Source: a virus
Taxonomy: Duplodnaviria > Caudoviricetes
Length of the DNA stretch: 24,260 bases
Reading direction: 5' to 3' (one strand)
Virus record (IMG/VR): IMGVR_UViG_3300033076_000166
Span: 1-24,260 of that record
This document shows, one piece after another, positions 8,485 through 17,370 of the stretch. Within the stretch, counting starts at the first letter, position 1, and each line of letters starts with the position of its first letter. The notes below the pieces were generated by a model, which worked only from the letters and a program-made list of their open reading frames with translations, did no database searches and was not told where the DNA came from. Made by a program: the position numbers and the translations under genes.

Positions 8485-8940
8485 TCAGACGTTCTGCTGA
8501 CCTACCAGCGGATCGGCAACGAAGTAAGTGATGTAGCCGCCAACAGTACCTGCGCCAGACGTATCAATGGTCACGGTCACGTACGACATTTCAGAAGTTG
8601 CCGTCAGGGTCAGGCTGGAAGTTACGACGCCCGCAGAAGCAACCGACAGGCCGTTAGCGATAGCCGCACCGGTCACGGTGCCCGAAGTGTAGCCACGAGT
8701 GCCCAGATCAACAGAGCCTGCGCCTGCGTCGTTAATAGCGACGGACAGAACAACAGCTCCAGCTGGGAGAATTAGCGCGGGTGCGCCAGAAGCGGAAGAA
8801 ACTTTGACATTGGTTGCGGTAGCAACCGACGCATCGGCAATATAGAACTGCGCTGCCATCACGCCCGAACCGCAGTACGCAGTACGAGTTTGATCGCCGC
8901 CGCCCGAACGCCAAATGCTCTGGGTAGTGGAAACTGCCAT
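8485..8940 (-). CDS. Putative virion structural (head fibre/decoration-type) protein
   Basis: 151 aa, Ala/Gly/Thr/Val-rich with an LPAGAVV motif; first gene after the capsid gene; GAGGA RBS. Confidence 0.75.
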   Translation of the reverse strand: MAVSTTQSIWRSGGGDQTRTAYCGSGVMAAQFYIADASVATATNVKVSSASGAPALILPAGAVVLSVAINDAGAGSVDLGTRGYTSGTVTGAAIANGLSVASAGVVTSSLTLTATSEMSYVTVTIDTSGAGTVGGYITYFVADPLVGQQNV

Positions 8941-8947
8941 TTGATTG

Positions 8948-9023
8948 TCCTCACATGCGAGTTAGGTGTAAGCGATCTGCATGTCGTCAGCCGGGACTGT
9001 TCGCAAACACCGGGTATTCCCGG
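8948..9023 (-). ncRNA. Candidate structured cis-regulatory RNA (kissing-loop/double pseudoknot) in the 5' leader of 8485..8940
   Basis: Three helices on the minus strand: P1 CCGGGA(9023-9018)/UCCCGG(8996-8991); P2 GGUGU-UU-GCGA(9011-9001)/UCGC-UU-ACACC(8975-8965); P3 ACAUGC(8984-8979)/GCAUGU(8958-8953), abutting RBS GAGGA (8952-8948). Confidence 0.55.
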
Positions 9024-9040
9024 AGATACTTATTTATAGC

Positions 9041-9072
9041 ACACAAACAAGGGGGCGCGAAGCCCCCTTTTT
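9041..9072 (-). terminator. Intrinsic terminator after the major capsid gene (possibly bidirectional)
   Basis: AAGGGGGC-TTCGC-GCCCCCTT hairpin just after the capsid stop codon, followed by a weak T-rich tail on the minus strand and a T run on the plus strand. Confidence 0.7.
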
Positions 9073-9075
9073 GGT

Positions 9076-9990
9076 TTAACCGCCCGACGAGCCGTACATG
9101 CCCAGCGGATCAGACCAGCCGAACGAGTAACGCTCACGAGCTTTGTAACGCACGTTGCCGGTGTCGAAGTCACCATCCATCTTGGTGTCCAGAGCCACAC
9201 GCTCAAAGTGCTTCATGCCGTTAGGAACATCGGTGGTCAGGAACCACGCGTTCGGGTCGGTCAGCCAGTGGTTAATTGCGTAACCTTCCGGGATCGAACC
9301 GTTGTTCTTCAGGGCGTTGATGTCGTTGTCGTTGGTGCCGACACGCAGGCTGGTTTCCAGCAGACGAGTTGCAACGAATTGCAGGCTCGGCGGGATAATC
9401 AGCTTACGGGGACGGGCGGCGATCAGCAGGCCACGTTCGTCGGTCCAAGCAGCGATTTGAATGACTGCGTTTTCCAGCGAGGTTTCATTCAGATCGACAG
9501 GAGTCGAAGGAATGTTGCTGTTGACGCCGCCAGAGATCAGGGGGTGCGAAGCCGAGAACAGAGGCACGCCGTCGCCGCCGTAGTACTGTGCGGAGTTGGT
9601 GAAGCCGTTGTTCAGGACGGAAGCCGCCTTGACCTGTTTGGTGTAGGCCATTGAACGAGCCAGAGCCTTGGTATAACGAGCCGACAGGCTGTCATACAGG
9701 TTATCTTCGATCGCTTCTTCAGTGATCGAGAAGCCTTGGGCGATGGTCTCGTGGTTGTATCGAGCAGTCCATGCTTCCTGACCGTTGTCATACTCGATCG
9801 CTTGACCTTCATTCTTAACCGGAGCTGCGCTGAAGCCAGACAGCTTGGTTTCTTCTTCGAACGAACGCTCGGAAGTCTCGGTTTCGTAGATTTCCTTGTG
9901 CTCTTCGCCGTAGCGTGCATATTCCAGACCAAACAGGGCGTTCAGGCCGGGCAGCAGCTCTTTCAGTAGTTGTGCGCGTGAAATAGCCAT
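9076..9990 (-). CDS. Major capsid protein
   Basis: 304 aa, MAISRAQLLKELLPGLNALFG...YKARERYSFGWSDPLG. Size, position after scaffold and decoration genes, strongly biased codon usage, AAGGAG RBS and a downstream terminator all fit an HK97-fold capsid protein. Confidence 0.9.
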   Translation of the reverse strand: MAISRAQLLKELLPGLNALFGLEYARYGEEHKEIYETETSERSFEEETKLSGFSAAPVKNEGQAIEYDNGQEAWTARYNHETIAQGFSITEEAIEDNLYDSLSARYTKALARSMAYTKQVKAASVLNNGFTNSAQYYGGDGVPLFSASHPLISGGVNSNIPSTPVDLNETSLENAVIQIAAWTDERGLLIAARPRKLIIPPSLQFVATRLLETSLRVGTNDNDINALKNNGSIPEGYAINHWLTDPNAWFLTTDVPNGMKHFERVALDTKMDGDFDTGNVRYKARERYSFGWSDPLGMYGSSGG

Positions 9991-10002
9991 TTGTCAGACT
10001 CC

Positions 10003-10581
10003 TTAGACGCCAGTGGTGTTGTTGTACGTATGGGTGTTGATCTTGACGATCATTTCCACATACGCATCCGAACCGGTTGCAGTTGCCGGAACGACATCAA
10101 CAATACGAATCGGCAGGGTAGCCGTAGTATCGGTGGTGTCGTCGATCGCTTGCTTCGAGTCGCCCGTGTTGGCGTTGCCCGAGTTCAGGATGATCGAGGT
10201 GTTCTGACCGACAGCCGTACGACCCAGAGTAGCGATGGTGGTGCCCGAAGACACAACAGCTACTTGGAACAGTGCGGTGGGGTCATCCACAATGTAAGCA
10301 ACCACGTTGGTAACGCCCGACGCAGGTGCGTACTGTGCTTGCACAGTCTGGCCCGACGAGTTGGTGTACTGGACACCCATGCAAACACCGAGTGCTTGGG
10401 GAGCAGCGGTACCATCGGCAACAACCTTGCACTTGCCAGAGGACAGCAACTCGACCATATCACCGGTGTACATTGCGCCAGAGTCCACAGGGACTAGACG
10501 CGTAGAGCCCGCGTAGGGGTTGCCGCCGATACGATTGATCGGACGGAAACCATACGGAGCGCTTACAGTAGGATAAGCCAT
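10003..10581 (-). CDS. Putative capsid decoration/minor capsid protein
   Basis: 192 aa directly upstream of the capsid gene; APYGFRP, GVCMGVQYT and VDDP motifs; TAGGAG RBS. Confidence 0.7.
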   Translation of the reverse strand: MAYPTVSAPYGFRPINRIGGNPYAGSTRLVPVDSGAMYTGDMVELLSSGKCKVVADGTAAPQALGVCMGVQYTNSSGQTVQAQYAPASGVTNVVAYIVDDPTALFQVAVVSSGTTIATLGRTAVGQNTSIILNSGNANTGDSKQAIDDTTDTTATLPIRIVDVVPATATGSDAYVEMIVKINTHTYNNTTGV

Positions 10582-10605
10582 GTTTAACTCCTAGTTAATA
10601 AAATA

Positions 10606-11040
10606 CTACTTACTACCTTTGCCAAAGGTAGTCGTAGACTTCCGTTCGTTGAACAGAGGCATACGAGCATCGCTCTGGCGCATGAAAGTGTTGTCTACAG
10701 CATCCATATTCTTCTCAGACGCTTGCTGGTAATACTCATTACGGGCATTAGCCTTTTCTTCAGGCATCTTGCACAGTATGAGGCCACCATGTTCGACATT
10801 CCCACTTGCATTTACCGGCAGCATCAACTCCGGATGATCTTCTCCCCGTACAGGAACCCAACCTTCCCGCATACGCTGGGAGTATTGGGGATTTGGATGT
10901 CCATTAACGTGGGTTGCCACCCAACGGAATCTCCAACCCGGATCGGGAGTAGGGTCCGGCAGTGCCGACGGCGGTACATATACGGTACGCGTGCTTTTTT
11001 CGCGTGTGATCAAATCACGAGGGGTACGATCATTAGCCAT
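10606..11040 (-). CDS. Conserved head-module hypothetical protein
   Basis: 144 aa; PPSALP, FRWV, REGWVPV and GGLILCKMP motifs; lies between scaffold and decoration genes. Confidence 0.75.
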   Translation of the reverse strand: MANDRTPRDLITREKSTRTVYVPPSALPDPTPDPGWRFRWVATHVNGHPNPQYSQRMREGWVPVRGEDHPELMLPVNASGNVEHGGLILCKMPEEKANARNEYYQQASEKNMDAVDNTFMRQSDARMPLFNERKSTTTFGKGSK

Positions 11041-12028
11041 TTCTGTTCTCCAATTTAGCTACTTCAGCAGCGTATTGCTGCGGGGTCAGTCCGTACTTAC
11101 GCGCCAGCTCCATTTGTCTGGTGGTAAGTTGGATTTTCTTTTGTCCGGTCGAACGACTCGCTGGCGCAACAACGGATGCTGGCTGCTTTTTTGAAGGCGC
11201 AGGAGGAGTTTCGTCCTCTGGCTTCTCGTCACGGTCCTCACCGAATAACTCGGGGAACGTCTTTTTGAGGCGAGCGTCTATTTGCTCGAAGTATTGATCG
11301 CTGCGAGGGTTTATGCCCCCGTTCACTAGCTTCTGGTGCAGCCCTAGTGCAAAGCTGGTGTGTTCCTCAAACCCCGGTTGTCCGAACCACTGGTTTCTTG
11401 CCTGCCAGCGCAGGGTCTTTTCATCGACGGTCGGTTGGGTTTGTTGCGTTTGCTGAAACTGTTGCCTTTGTACCGGCTCGTCGTCTTCTTGTAAAGGGGC
11501 TGGCTTGAAGTTTTTGACACGTTCCAACCGCATTTTTGCATCGGTAAGTGCCTCTTGGGCTGCGATGATCGCATCAGTGTCAAATGCTTCCTGCGCTTCC
11601 TTCAACTGACGGCGGGCAGCAGCAAGCTGTGCCTCCGCAGCTTCATTGGCCGAAGACCGGACAATCTCCTGCCCTTGGTTGTACGACTGCTTGAGCTTTT
11701 TGTTCTCTTCAGCCATGTACTGAAGCAGGCGTTCCATCTCCTGCTTTTCACGCTCCAGTTCTTCCTTGCGGCGGCGCTCGTCGTGTCGGGCATGTGTTAA
11801 CTCTTTGATACGAGCTTGCACCTTGTCCGAATAGTTCTCGATCTCGTCGTCGGTCGGATCAGCCACTTCTTTGTCAAGCGGCTTACGACCACGGTCTTTT
11901 GCAGGGGTGTCGTCAATTATTTCAACTTCGACATCATCCTGCGCTTTGCCCTTAACGGCGGCATCGTCCTGATCTTGCTGGACAGTATCGTCTTGCTCAT
12001 CAGGAAACTTAAATTTTTCGTATTCCAT
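11033..12028 (-). CDS. Putative capsid scaffolding protein
   Basis: 331 aa with an acidic N-terminus, a long coiled coil and a C-terminal LTTRQMELARKYGLTPQQYA helix pair; upstream of the capsid genes; AAGGAGG RBS. Confidence 0.75.
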   Translation of the reverse strand: MEYEKFKFPDEQDDTVQQDQDDAAVKGKAQDDVEVEIIDDTPAKDRGRKPLDKEVADPTDDEIENYSDKVQARIKELTHARHDERRRKEELEREKQEMERLLQYMAEENKKLKQSYNQGQEIVRSSANEAAEAQLAAARRQLKEAQEAFDTDAIIAAQEALTDAKMRLERVKNFKPAPLQEDDEPVQRQQFQQTQQTQPTVDEKTLRWQARNQWFGQPGFEEHTSFALGLHQKLVNGGINPRSDQYFEQIDARLKKTFPELFGEDRDEKPEDETPPAPSKKQPASVVAPASRSTGQKKIQLTTRQMELARKYGLTPQQYAAEVAKLENRNG

Positions 12029-12037
12029 ACACCCTCC

Positions 12038-12466
12038 TTAAGCGCGCGAAATTCCGCGCGGATCGTCAACTATGCCGTCCACCTGATCGTCGTTAATGAT
12101 CCGGAACTCACGGCCATAGATTTTTAAGCGCGTGCCAGAATACGCACGTGTCAAGATAAAATCCCCTTCCTTGCACCAAGGACCGGACGGAAACTTCGCA
12201 GTGTCTTTGTAAGCGTCAGGGCCTACCGACACAACAAACAACACAACCGTGCTGTACTCTTCGACTTTCTTCAGGCTCTCAGCCTTGATGATCTCGGAGT
12301 TCTCAAACTTGTCTGAGATTTCAGGAATAGCGCAAACGATCTTGTATCCCGGAGCACGAGGAATCATGCGCCCACGTTGCTCAATAGGGACTTGTTCGTC
12401 TGGACTTTCGATTGGTTGAATTGGTTCCGGCATCTGAATCCCCGGAGGCAAAAGTAGCTCGCTCAT
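12038..12466 (-). CDS. groES: GroES/Cpn10-like co-chaperonin
   Basis: VVSVGPDAY, WCKEGDFIL, YSGTRLKIYGREFRIINDDQVDGIV match the Cpn10 pattern. Likely start is the ATG at 12466 (GAGGA upstream) rather than 12478. Confidence 0.8.
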   Translation of the reverse strand: MSELLLPPGIQMPEPIQPIESPDEQVPIEQRGRMIPRAPGYKIVCAIPEISDKFENSEIIKAESLKKVEEYSTVVLFVVSVGPDAYKDTAKFPSGPWCKEGDFILTRAYSGTRLKIYGREFRIINDDQVDGIVDDPRGISRA

Positions 12467-12662
12467 CTTCTTCCTCATCTTTCTGTTGTGCTTCTACAAG
12501 GTCTAACAAGTGGCGCTCTGCGAGGGCAAGACCTTGAATAACCCCACAGAGTTTTTGGTAAGCAGCGAAGTCGCCACAGACGCCACCAGCCATGTCGTCT
12601 GTGTACTCGTTCATGTCTTTACGAATTTTGGCGCGGAGAACGTCCGCGAAGTTATCGCTCAT
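12381..12662 (-). CDS. Small hypothetical protein downstream of the portal
   Basis: Start overlaps the portal stop (ATGA); helical core DFAAYQKLCGVIQGLALAE. The C-terminal part overlaps the groES-like gene. Confidence 0.7.
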   Translation of the reverse strand: MSDNFADVLRAKIRKDMNEYTDDMAGGVCGDFAAYQKLCGVIQGLALAERHLLDLVEAQQKDEEEDERATFASGDSDAGTNSTNRKSRRTSPY

Positions 12663-15148
12663 TTCTTGGGTTTCTCCTTAACTTTTATTGTCTGGCGCAC
12701 ATTCTGGATGTGCTGAACTGCCGCTTGCTTGCGTTGCAAGTCAAGTTTTTCCTTCTCGCGTGAGAGGTCTATGCCCATACGCATACCTTCCCGCTGTTCT
12801 TGCGCTTGAAGCTTTTGTTGCTCAAGCTGAATATCTGCCGCTACTTTGGCTTTCTCAAGCTCCAGCTTGTCTGCCTGTGCGGCAGCGTCTGCCGCAAGCT
12901 TCTTCTCTTTCAGTGAAACTTCTGCTTGTTTCAACTGAAGTTCTTGCTGCTGCAACTGGAACATCGGGTCTTGCTGAACTTGCTGCGCTTGCTGTTGTGC
13001 CGCACGCGCTTGGCTCTGGATCAACACTTGTTGTGCAGCCTGTGCCATCATGCCCGACAGGGCAGTCTCAATTTCTGGCGGTAGCTTCTCGTCTTCTGGT
13101 GGCAGCGGCATACCCAACTGCTGTTCGATCTTGGCGCGATATGCGTAAGCAACGTGTTCTGCTACGTGTGCAGACAACGCTGCCATGATCTGCGATGCTT
13201 TGGGGCTTTGGCCGACCAGTTGTTGAATCAGCGGGTCTTGGGCTGCTGCCATGTGCACTTGGATATGCGCTTCGTGATCTTGGTAGAAGAACGCTTTGGC
13301 TGGCTCGTTGCGCAGCAAATCCATGTTCTCCGTCACCGGGTCCTTCGGCTTCATGTCGTCTTCCAACGGCACGAGCTTCTCGGCATTCTTGATGCCCAAG
13401 ACGTTCAACATCGATCGATGGAGTTCCGGCAGGTTGTAGCTGTCCGGTGCCATCTGTGCCATCTGAATGACAGCTTGGTACTGCACCCCGCGCTGCGACA
13501 TGGTGGCCGCATTCGGATCAGACACAGGAATCAGATCAACCTTGTCGTAGTCCTCGCGCTTGGCTTTCTTGTTACCGTACTCCGGGTTGTATTCGTAGTC
13601 CGGCTCTGTGTAGTCGCGGATCAGCTCTTTCAATAACTTGAACTCGCGCTTCAAGGTGTAGTGCAGACGGGCTTGTACTGCCGTCATGACTTTCAACTGA
13701 CGCTCTAAGATAGCCAGCGTCGTACCAACAGGGCTGTTGGCCGACATGTCGGATACTTTCATATCCGCAGTCGCTGCAAAGCGACGACCTTCATCCACGA
13801 TCGTCGTCAACAGGTTATACAGTGTGGCCGACGGCTCTTTATACGGCAGCGGCAGGATCGAATCTCTGATGTTGCCCGAGGCTACATCCACATCTCGCCA
13901 TTCTCCCGGTGCAATGGGAGTGTCGTCACCCTTGATTCGCAGACCACGCGACTTGAGACCGCCCGGCAAGTTAGAAAGCGTACCGGCATCGACCAGTTGT
14001 CGCATGAGCGACGTAGCATTCTTGGCGAAGCCTCCGATAAGATGGAAGAGCCCGAACCCATAAGCCCCGAAGCCGGGAATGTACTGGTAATGCACAAAAT
14101 GCAAACGCTTAAGCTTAAGCGGGTCATCTTCTCTCCAGTTGCGACGTACTGCCAGAACAGTGTTGGTACCTTTTAACATCGTCACAACGTACGGCAACGC
14201 GATCCCAGTCTGCTCACCGTCATCGTCTTTGTCAGCGAACGGGTCTTCTGCGATGTGCAGATCAACGTGGCACTCATACAGGGTGTAGCGATCGTCACTC
14301 AGATCATTAAAGCCAGTTTCCTTATCCTTGGCTTTCTGAATGTCGGTAATGGTTTTGGTAGGATCGGGGAGGTCGATCTCGCGGTAGAAGCCGCCTTGTT
14401 GCAGCTTCATGATGTCGTTGTCGGTTTTGCGCATCTCGTGCGTCAACCGATGGCATGTGTCCAAATCTGTCGTGCCGTACGGCAGAATTACGTCTTCTGC
14501 TGGCACAAACATCGCCACTTGGCGTCCCAAATTGGGATCAAAATACACTTTCTTGAACGCCGAACCTGTTGCTGGCAGGCTCCAGAGCATCCTTTCATGC
14601 TCCGGGCGGTACTCTGACATGACTTCTGTCAGCTCAAAATTCATATCTTCTTCGACTCGCGCTGCTGCTTCGCGCACTTGTGGGGTTTCTTTCCCGATGA
14701 TTTTGGTTCTCACCGGCCCCTGCGCGGGGAATGTTTCTGTGATCGTCTCAGATTGAAAGCGGACAACTGCTTCGGTCAGCATCGGGTGGAACACACCACA
14801 CGCACCATTCCAAGGTTCTGTTCGCTCTTCAATCTGCAAGCCCAAAAGCTTCAGCCCGTTGACGTACGCTTTTTCCCAATCCTTGCGTGAGTTCTTGTCG
14901 TTCTCAATGTTATCGGCAAGATCGGCTGCGATCGACGTCAAGACGCCTTCTGACAAAGTTTCTGCCAAGTTCTCATTGAAGTCATTTTCCGCTTCAACCT
15001 GACGTAGCTCAAGCTCAAAACCGGGACCGGCTATGTTGACTTCTTCCGGGTCAACGACCTCAATTTCGATCGGTTCGTCTGCGGTGTTTAATGCTTCTAT
15101 ACCGCTTGGCACGTTGGGATACAACGCTTTGTCGATGTTGGTTGCCAT
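12659..15148 (-). CDS. Portal protein (long podovirus type with Gln-rich C-terminal coiled coil)
   Basis: ~829 aa following terminase; HPMLTEAVVRFQ, GSAFKKVYFD and RQLVDAGTLSNLPGG motifs. The ATG at 15148 overlaps the upstream stop (TGATG); a GTG at 15151 is the alternative start. Confidence 0.85.
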   Translation of the reverse strand: MATNIDKALYPNVPSGIEALNTADEPIEIEVVDPEEVNIAGPGFELELRQVEAENDFNENLAETLSEGVLTSIAADLADNIENDKNSRKDWEKAYVNGLKLLGLQIEERTEPWNGACGVFHPMLTEAVVRFQSETITETFPAQGPVRTKIIGKETPQVREAAARVEEDMNFELTEVMSEYRPEHERMLWSLPATGSAFKKVYFDPNLGRQVAMFVPAEDVILPYGTTDLDTCHRLTHEMRKTDNDIMKLQQGGFYREIDLPDPTKTITDIQKAKDKETGFNDLSDDRYTLYECHVDLHIAEDPFADKDDDGEQTGIALPYVVTMLKGTNTVLAVRRNWREDDPLKLKRLHFVHYQYIPGFGAYGFGLFHLIGGFAKNATSLMRQLVDAGTLSNLPGGLKSRGLRIKGDDTPIAPGEWRDVDVASGNIRDSILPLPYKEPSATLYNLLTTIVDEGRRFAATADMKVSDMSANSPVGTTLAILERQLKVMTAVQARLHYTLKREFKLLKELIRDYTEPDYEYNPEYGNKKAKREDYDKVDLIPVSDPNAATMSQRGVQYQAVIQMAQMAPDSYNLPELHRSMLNVLGIKNAEKLVPLEDDMKPKDPVTENMDLLRNEPAKAFFYQDHEAHIQVHMAAAQDPLIQQLVGQSPKASQIMAALSAHVAEHVAYAYRAKIEQQLGMPLPPEDEKLPPEIETALSGMMAQAAQQVLIQSQARAAQQQAQQVQQDPMFQLQQQELQLKQAEVSLKEKKLAADAAAQADKLELEKAKVAADIQLEQQKLQAQEQREGMRMGIDLSREKEKLDLQRKQAAVQHIQNVRQTIKVKEKPKK

Positions 15149-15831
15149 CACGTAATCCTTTTTGGAGATGTACCCTCTGCAATTGAGAGCGCTTCTTCTG
15201 TGTCATCAGGCAGCGTTGGCAACGACAGCCGCAGCCGCAACTTATTTAGGGTGTATCTGCGCTTAACGTATTTAAGCGAATCGGTATTAAAATCCATCTC
15301 TACGTTTTCAGGCAACGCATCAGGCATGCCTGTGTCTTGTATGTCTTCCCACGTCATGTAGGTGTCGCCGTATTCAACCATTTTCTCGTGACTAAACACC
15401 GGAGCCACGCGCAAAAGCAGCGGTACATCTTGTCCGGCAACGGCTTTTAACTCTTCGTAAGCGTGCTCAACTAATCTTCGTTCGGCTTCTACCGGGTCGT
15501 CGCCTTCAACACCAAAACACACTACTTTGTGGCTAAAACGAACGATGTCTTTGGCTTCGTCATAACTTCCAGCAAACTTTTCTTTCGGAACGTCAGCCAC
15601 ACTAAACCCGTACAGCGCTGGCAAATCAGCCATCCTTGCTTCCATATACGCCATCGGCGCTACGTCAGATACTTTGAAAGCCCCGCGCATCCATGTAGCC
15701 AACCCTGCGGCTGTGGCCGGTACTTCGGGAGCTGCACTTAAAATCTCTGGTGCTACCTCTTCTGCCAGCGCTGGCAACATGATGACTGCCGCGCTTGCGG
15801 CAAGCGACTGCAAAAATCCGCGTCTGTTCAT
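15148..15831 (-). CDS. Hypothetical protein with twin-arginine (Tat) signal peptide, inserted between terminase and portal
   Basis: N-terminus MNRRGFLQSLAASAAVIMLPALA-EE has an RRxFL motif, a hydrophobic region and an A-L-A signal peptidase site. Its translation start region is AAAGGAGAAGCAAATG. Confidence 0.8.
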   Translation of the reverse strand: MNRRGFLQSLAASAAVIMLPALAEEVAPEILSAAPEVPATAAGLATWMRGAFKVSDVAPMAYMEARMADLPALYGFSVADVPKEKFAGSYDEAKDIVRFSHKVVCFGVEGDDPVEAERRLVEHAYEELKAVAGQDVPLLLRVAPVFSHEKMVEYGDTYMTWEDIQDTGMPDALPENVEMDFNTDSLKYVKRRYTLNKLRLRLSLPTLPDDTEEALSIAEGTSPKRIT

Positions 15832-15843
15832 TTGCTTCTCCTT

Positions 15844-17370
15844 TTAGTAGTACGCCGCCCTGCGTGGGGCGAAGTATCTGTCGTCTTTTTCGTCTGAGTC
15901 GAGCGCAATGAACCCTCCTTGCCTAAAGCGCAAGAGCGCTTGGGAGGTCGTATCCACGTAGTCGTCGTGCTCGCCAACCGGGAATGCCGCCAGTTCTTCG
16001 ATCACTTCTCTGGCCCACCGGGTGTCCGGTGCCCAGACTTTACCAGATGTAAACAGGTCCGCAATAGCGTTAACGCGGACGATTTTGTCGTTGCCTCGGC
16101 TGGGGGAGAATTCTTGGACGGGGATACCCATTGCCCGAAGTTCTTGAATAAGCGGGGCACCAGCTGCCTTTTTCTCCACAATGAATGCATCGGGCTCCCA
16201 CTCCTTGTAGTGACGCAGTGCAGTTTGTTTTAATTCTGGAAACGCCATCCGGTCTTTGAACGCGTCGAGCAATATGACTTGCGGCTGGTCGTGCTCTTCC
16301 TCGTTGTAGAAGACGCCCCACGTGGTGCATGCCGAATAGTCGGCGGTGGTTTTGGCTTCGAACGCCGTATCCCAGCTCTGGATCACATACTCACACTGCG
16401 GCGGACTCTCATGCTCCCAGATGCGCCAGTCCTTCCTTGCCACGATCGCCGCGGACTCGGAAGTGGGGTTCTGCATGTACTGGGCGTTCCAATACCGAGG
16501 GTCCATCCCGCTTTTCTTGGCCTTCAGCTGATCCAACGGCCACTGCTCCGGCCAGAGCGACTTCTCGTTTTCCGTGTCTTCGTTCAGGATGGCCGGGAGT
16601 TCTACAATCTCCCACGGCTCCGTGTCGGGGTTTTTGGTCTGGTAGTCTATTAAACGACCGGTCAGGTCAAGCAACGACCACCGAGTCATGATGACGATTA
16701 TCGCCCCGTTGGGCATGAGGCGCTGCAGCGGGCCTGTTTGGAACCATGTCCATGCAGTATCGAAGGCAAGTCGAGAATTTGAGCGTACGTCCTGCTCAGA
16801 GTGAGGGTCATCAATAACGAAAAGATCAGCACCGCGACCGGCCAGAGCACCGCCGACACCTGCCGCATAGTACTGTCCACCGACGTCGGTAGACCACTTA
16901 CCCGAGGCTTTCTGGTCCTGAGACAGGTTGGTGTTTGGGAATAACTCACGATATTCTTCGCTATCTATTAAGTTTTTGACACGACGTCCAAAGTCTTCGG
17001 ACAGGCTCGCAGTGTGCGTGCCCATGATGATCTTCTTATCCGGGAAGTGCCCCATGAAGTACGCTGGGAACAGGTAGCTCGAAAACTCCGACTTACCCAT
17101 ACGCGGTGCAATATTGATAATTACCCGCTTCTTCTTCCCGGCGATGACGTCCTCGAATATCTTGGCAAGCTTCCGATGGTGCGGTCCGATCTTGAATCCC
17201 GGATACACGTGGGTTGCAAACCCCAGCATGGACTTTCGCCCGATCAGCTTGCTGGCACGGGCAGCGCGTTCTTCCAAGTCCCGCAGCAGCTCGGCCTTTT
17301 CGACGGCAGACAAGTGCGGAAGCACCTTCTGCAACGCCGCCATTTCTTCAGGACTCAGGATCGCTTTCAT
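15844..17370 (-). CDS. terL: Terminase large subunit
   Basis: 508 aa; Walker A APRMGKS, Walker B LFVIDD, coupling motif IMTRW, nuclease acidic motifs SWDTA, DYSA and HDDYVD. Confidence 0.95.
   Translation of the reverse strand: MKAILSPEEMAALQKVLPHLSAVEKAELLRDLEERAARASKLIGRKSMLGFATHVYPGFKIGPHHRKLAKIFEDVIAGKKKRVIINIAPRMGKSEFSSYLFPAYFMGHFPDKKIIMGTHTASLSEDFGRRVKNLIDSEEYRELFPNTNLSQDQKASGKWSTDVGGQYYAAGVGGALAGRGADLFVIDDPHSEQDVRSNSRLAFDTAWTWFQTGPLQRLMPNGAIIVIMTRWSLLDLTGRLIDYQTKNPDTEPWEIVELPAILNEDTENEKSLWPEQWPLDQLKAKKSGMDPRYWNAQYMQNPTSESAAIVARKDWRIWEHESPPQCEYVIQSWDTAFEAKTTADYSACTTWGVFYNEEEHDQPQVILLDAFKDRMAFPELKQTALRHYKEWEPDAFIVEKKAAGAPLIQELRAMGIPVQEFSPSRGNDKIVRVNAIADLFTSGKVWAPDTRWAREVIEELAAFPVGEHDDYVDTTSQALLRFRQGGFIALDSDEKDDRYFAPRRAAYY

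Noticed and set aside
8945-8995. CTGACGA on the minus strand, resembling a hammerhead ribozyme core (CUGANGA)
   Set aside because: The following stem is not followed by GAAA and no stem III/cleavage triplet is evident. Kept only as a generic structured RNA.
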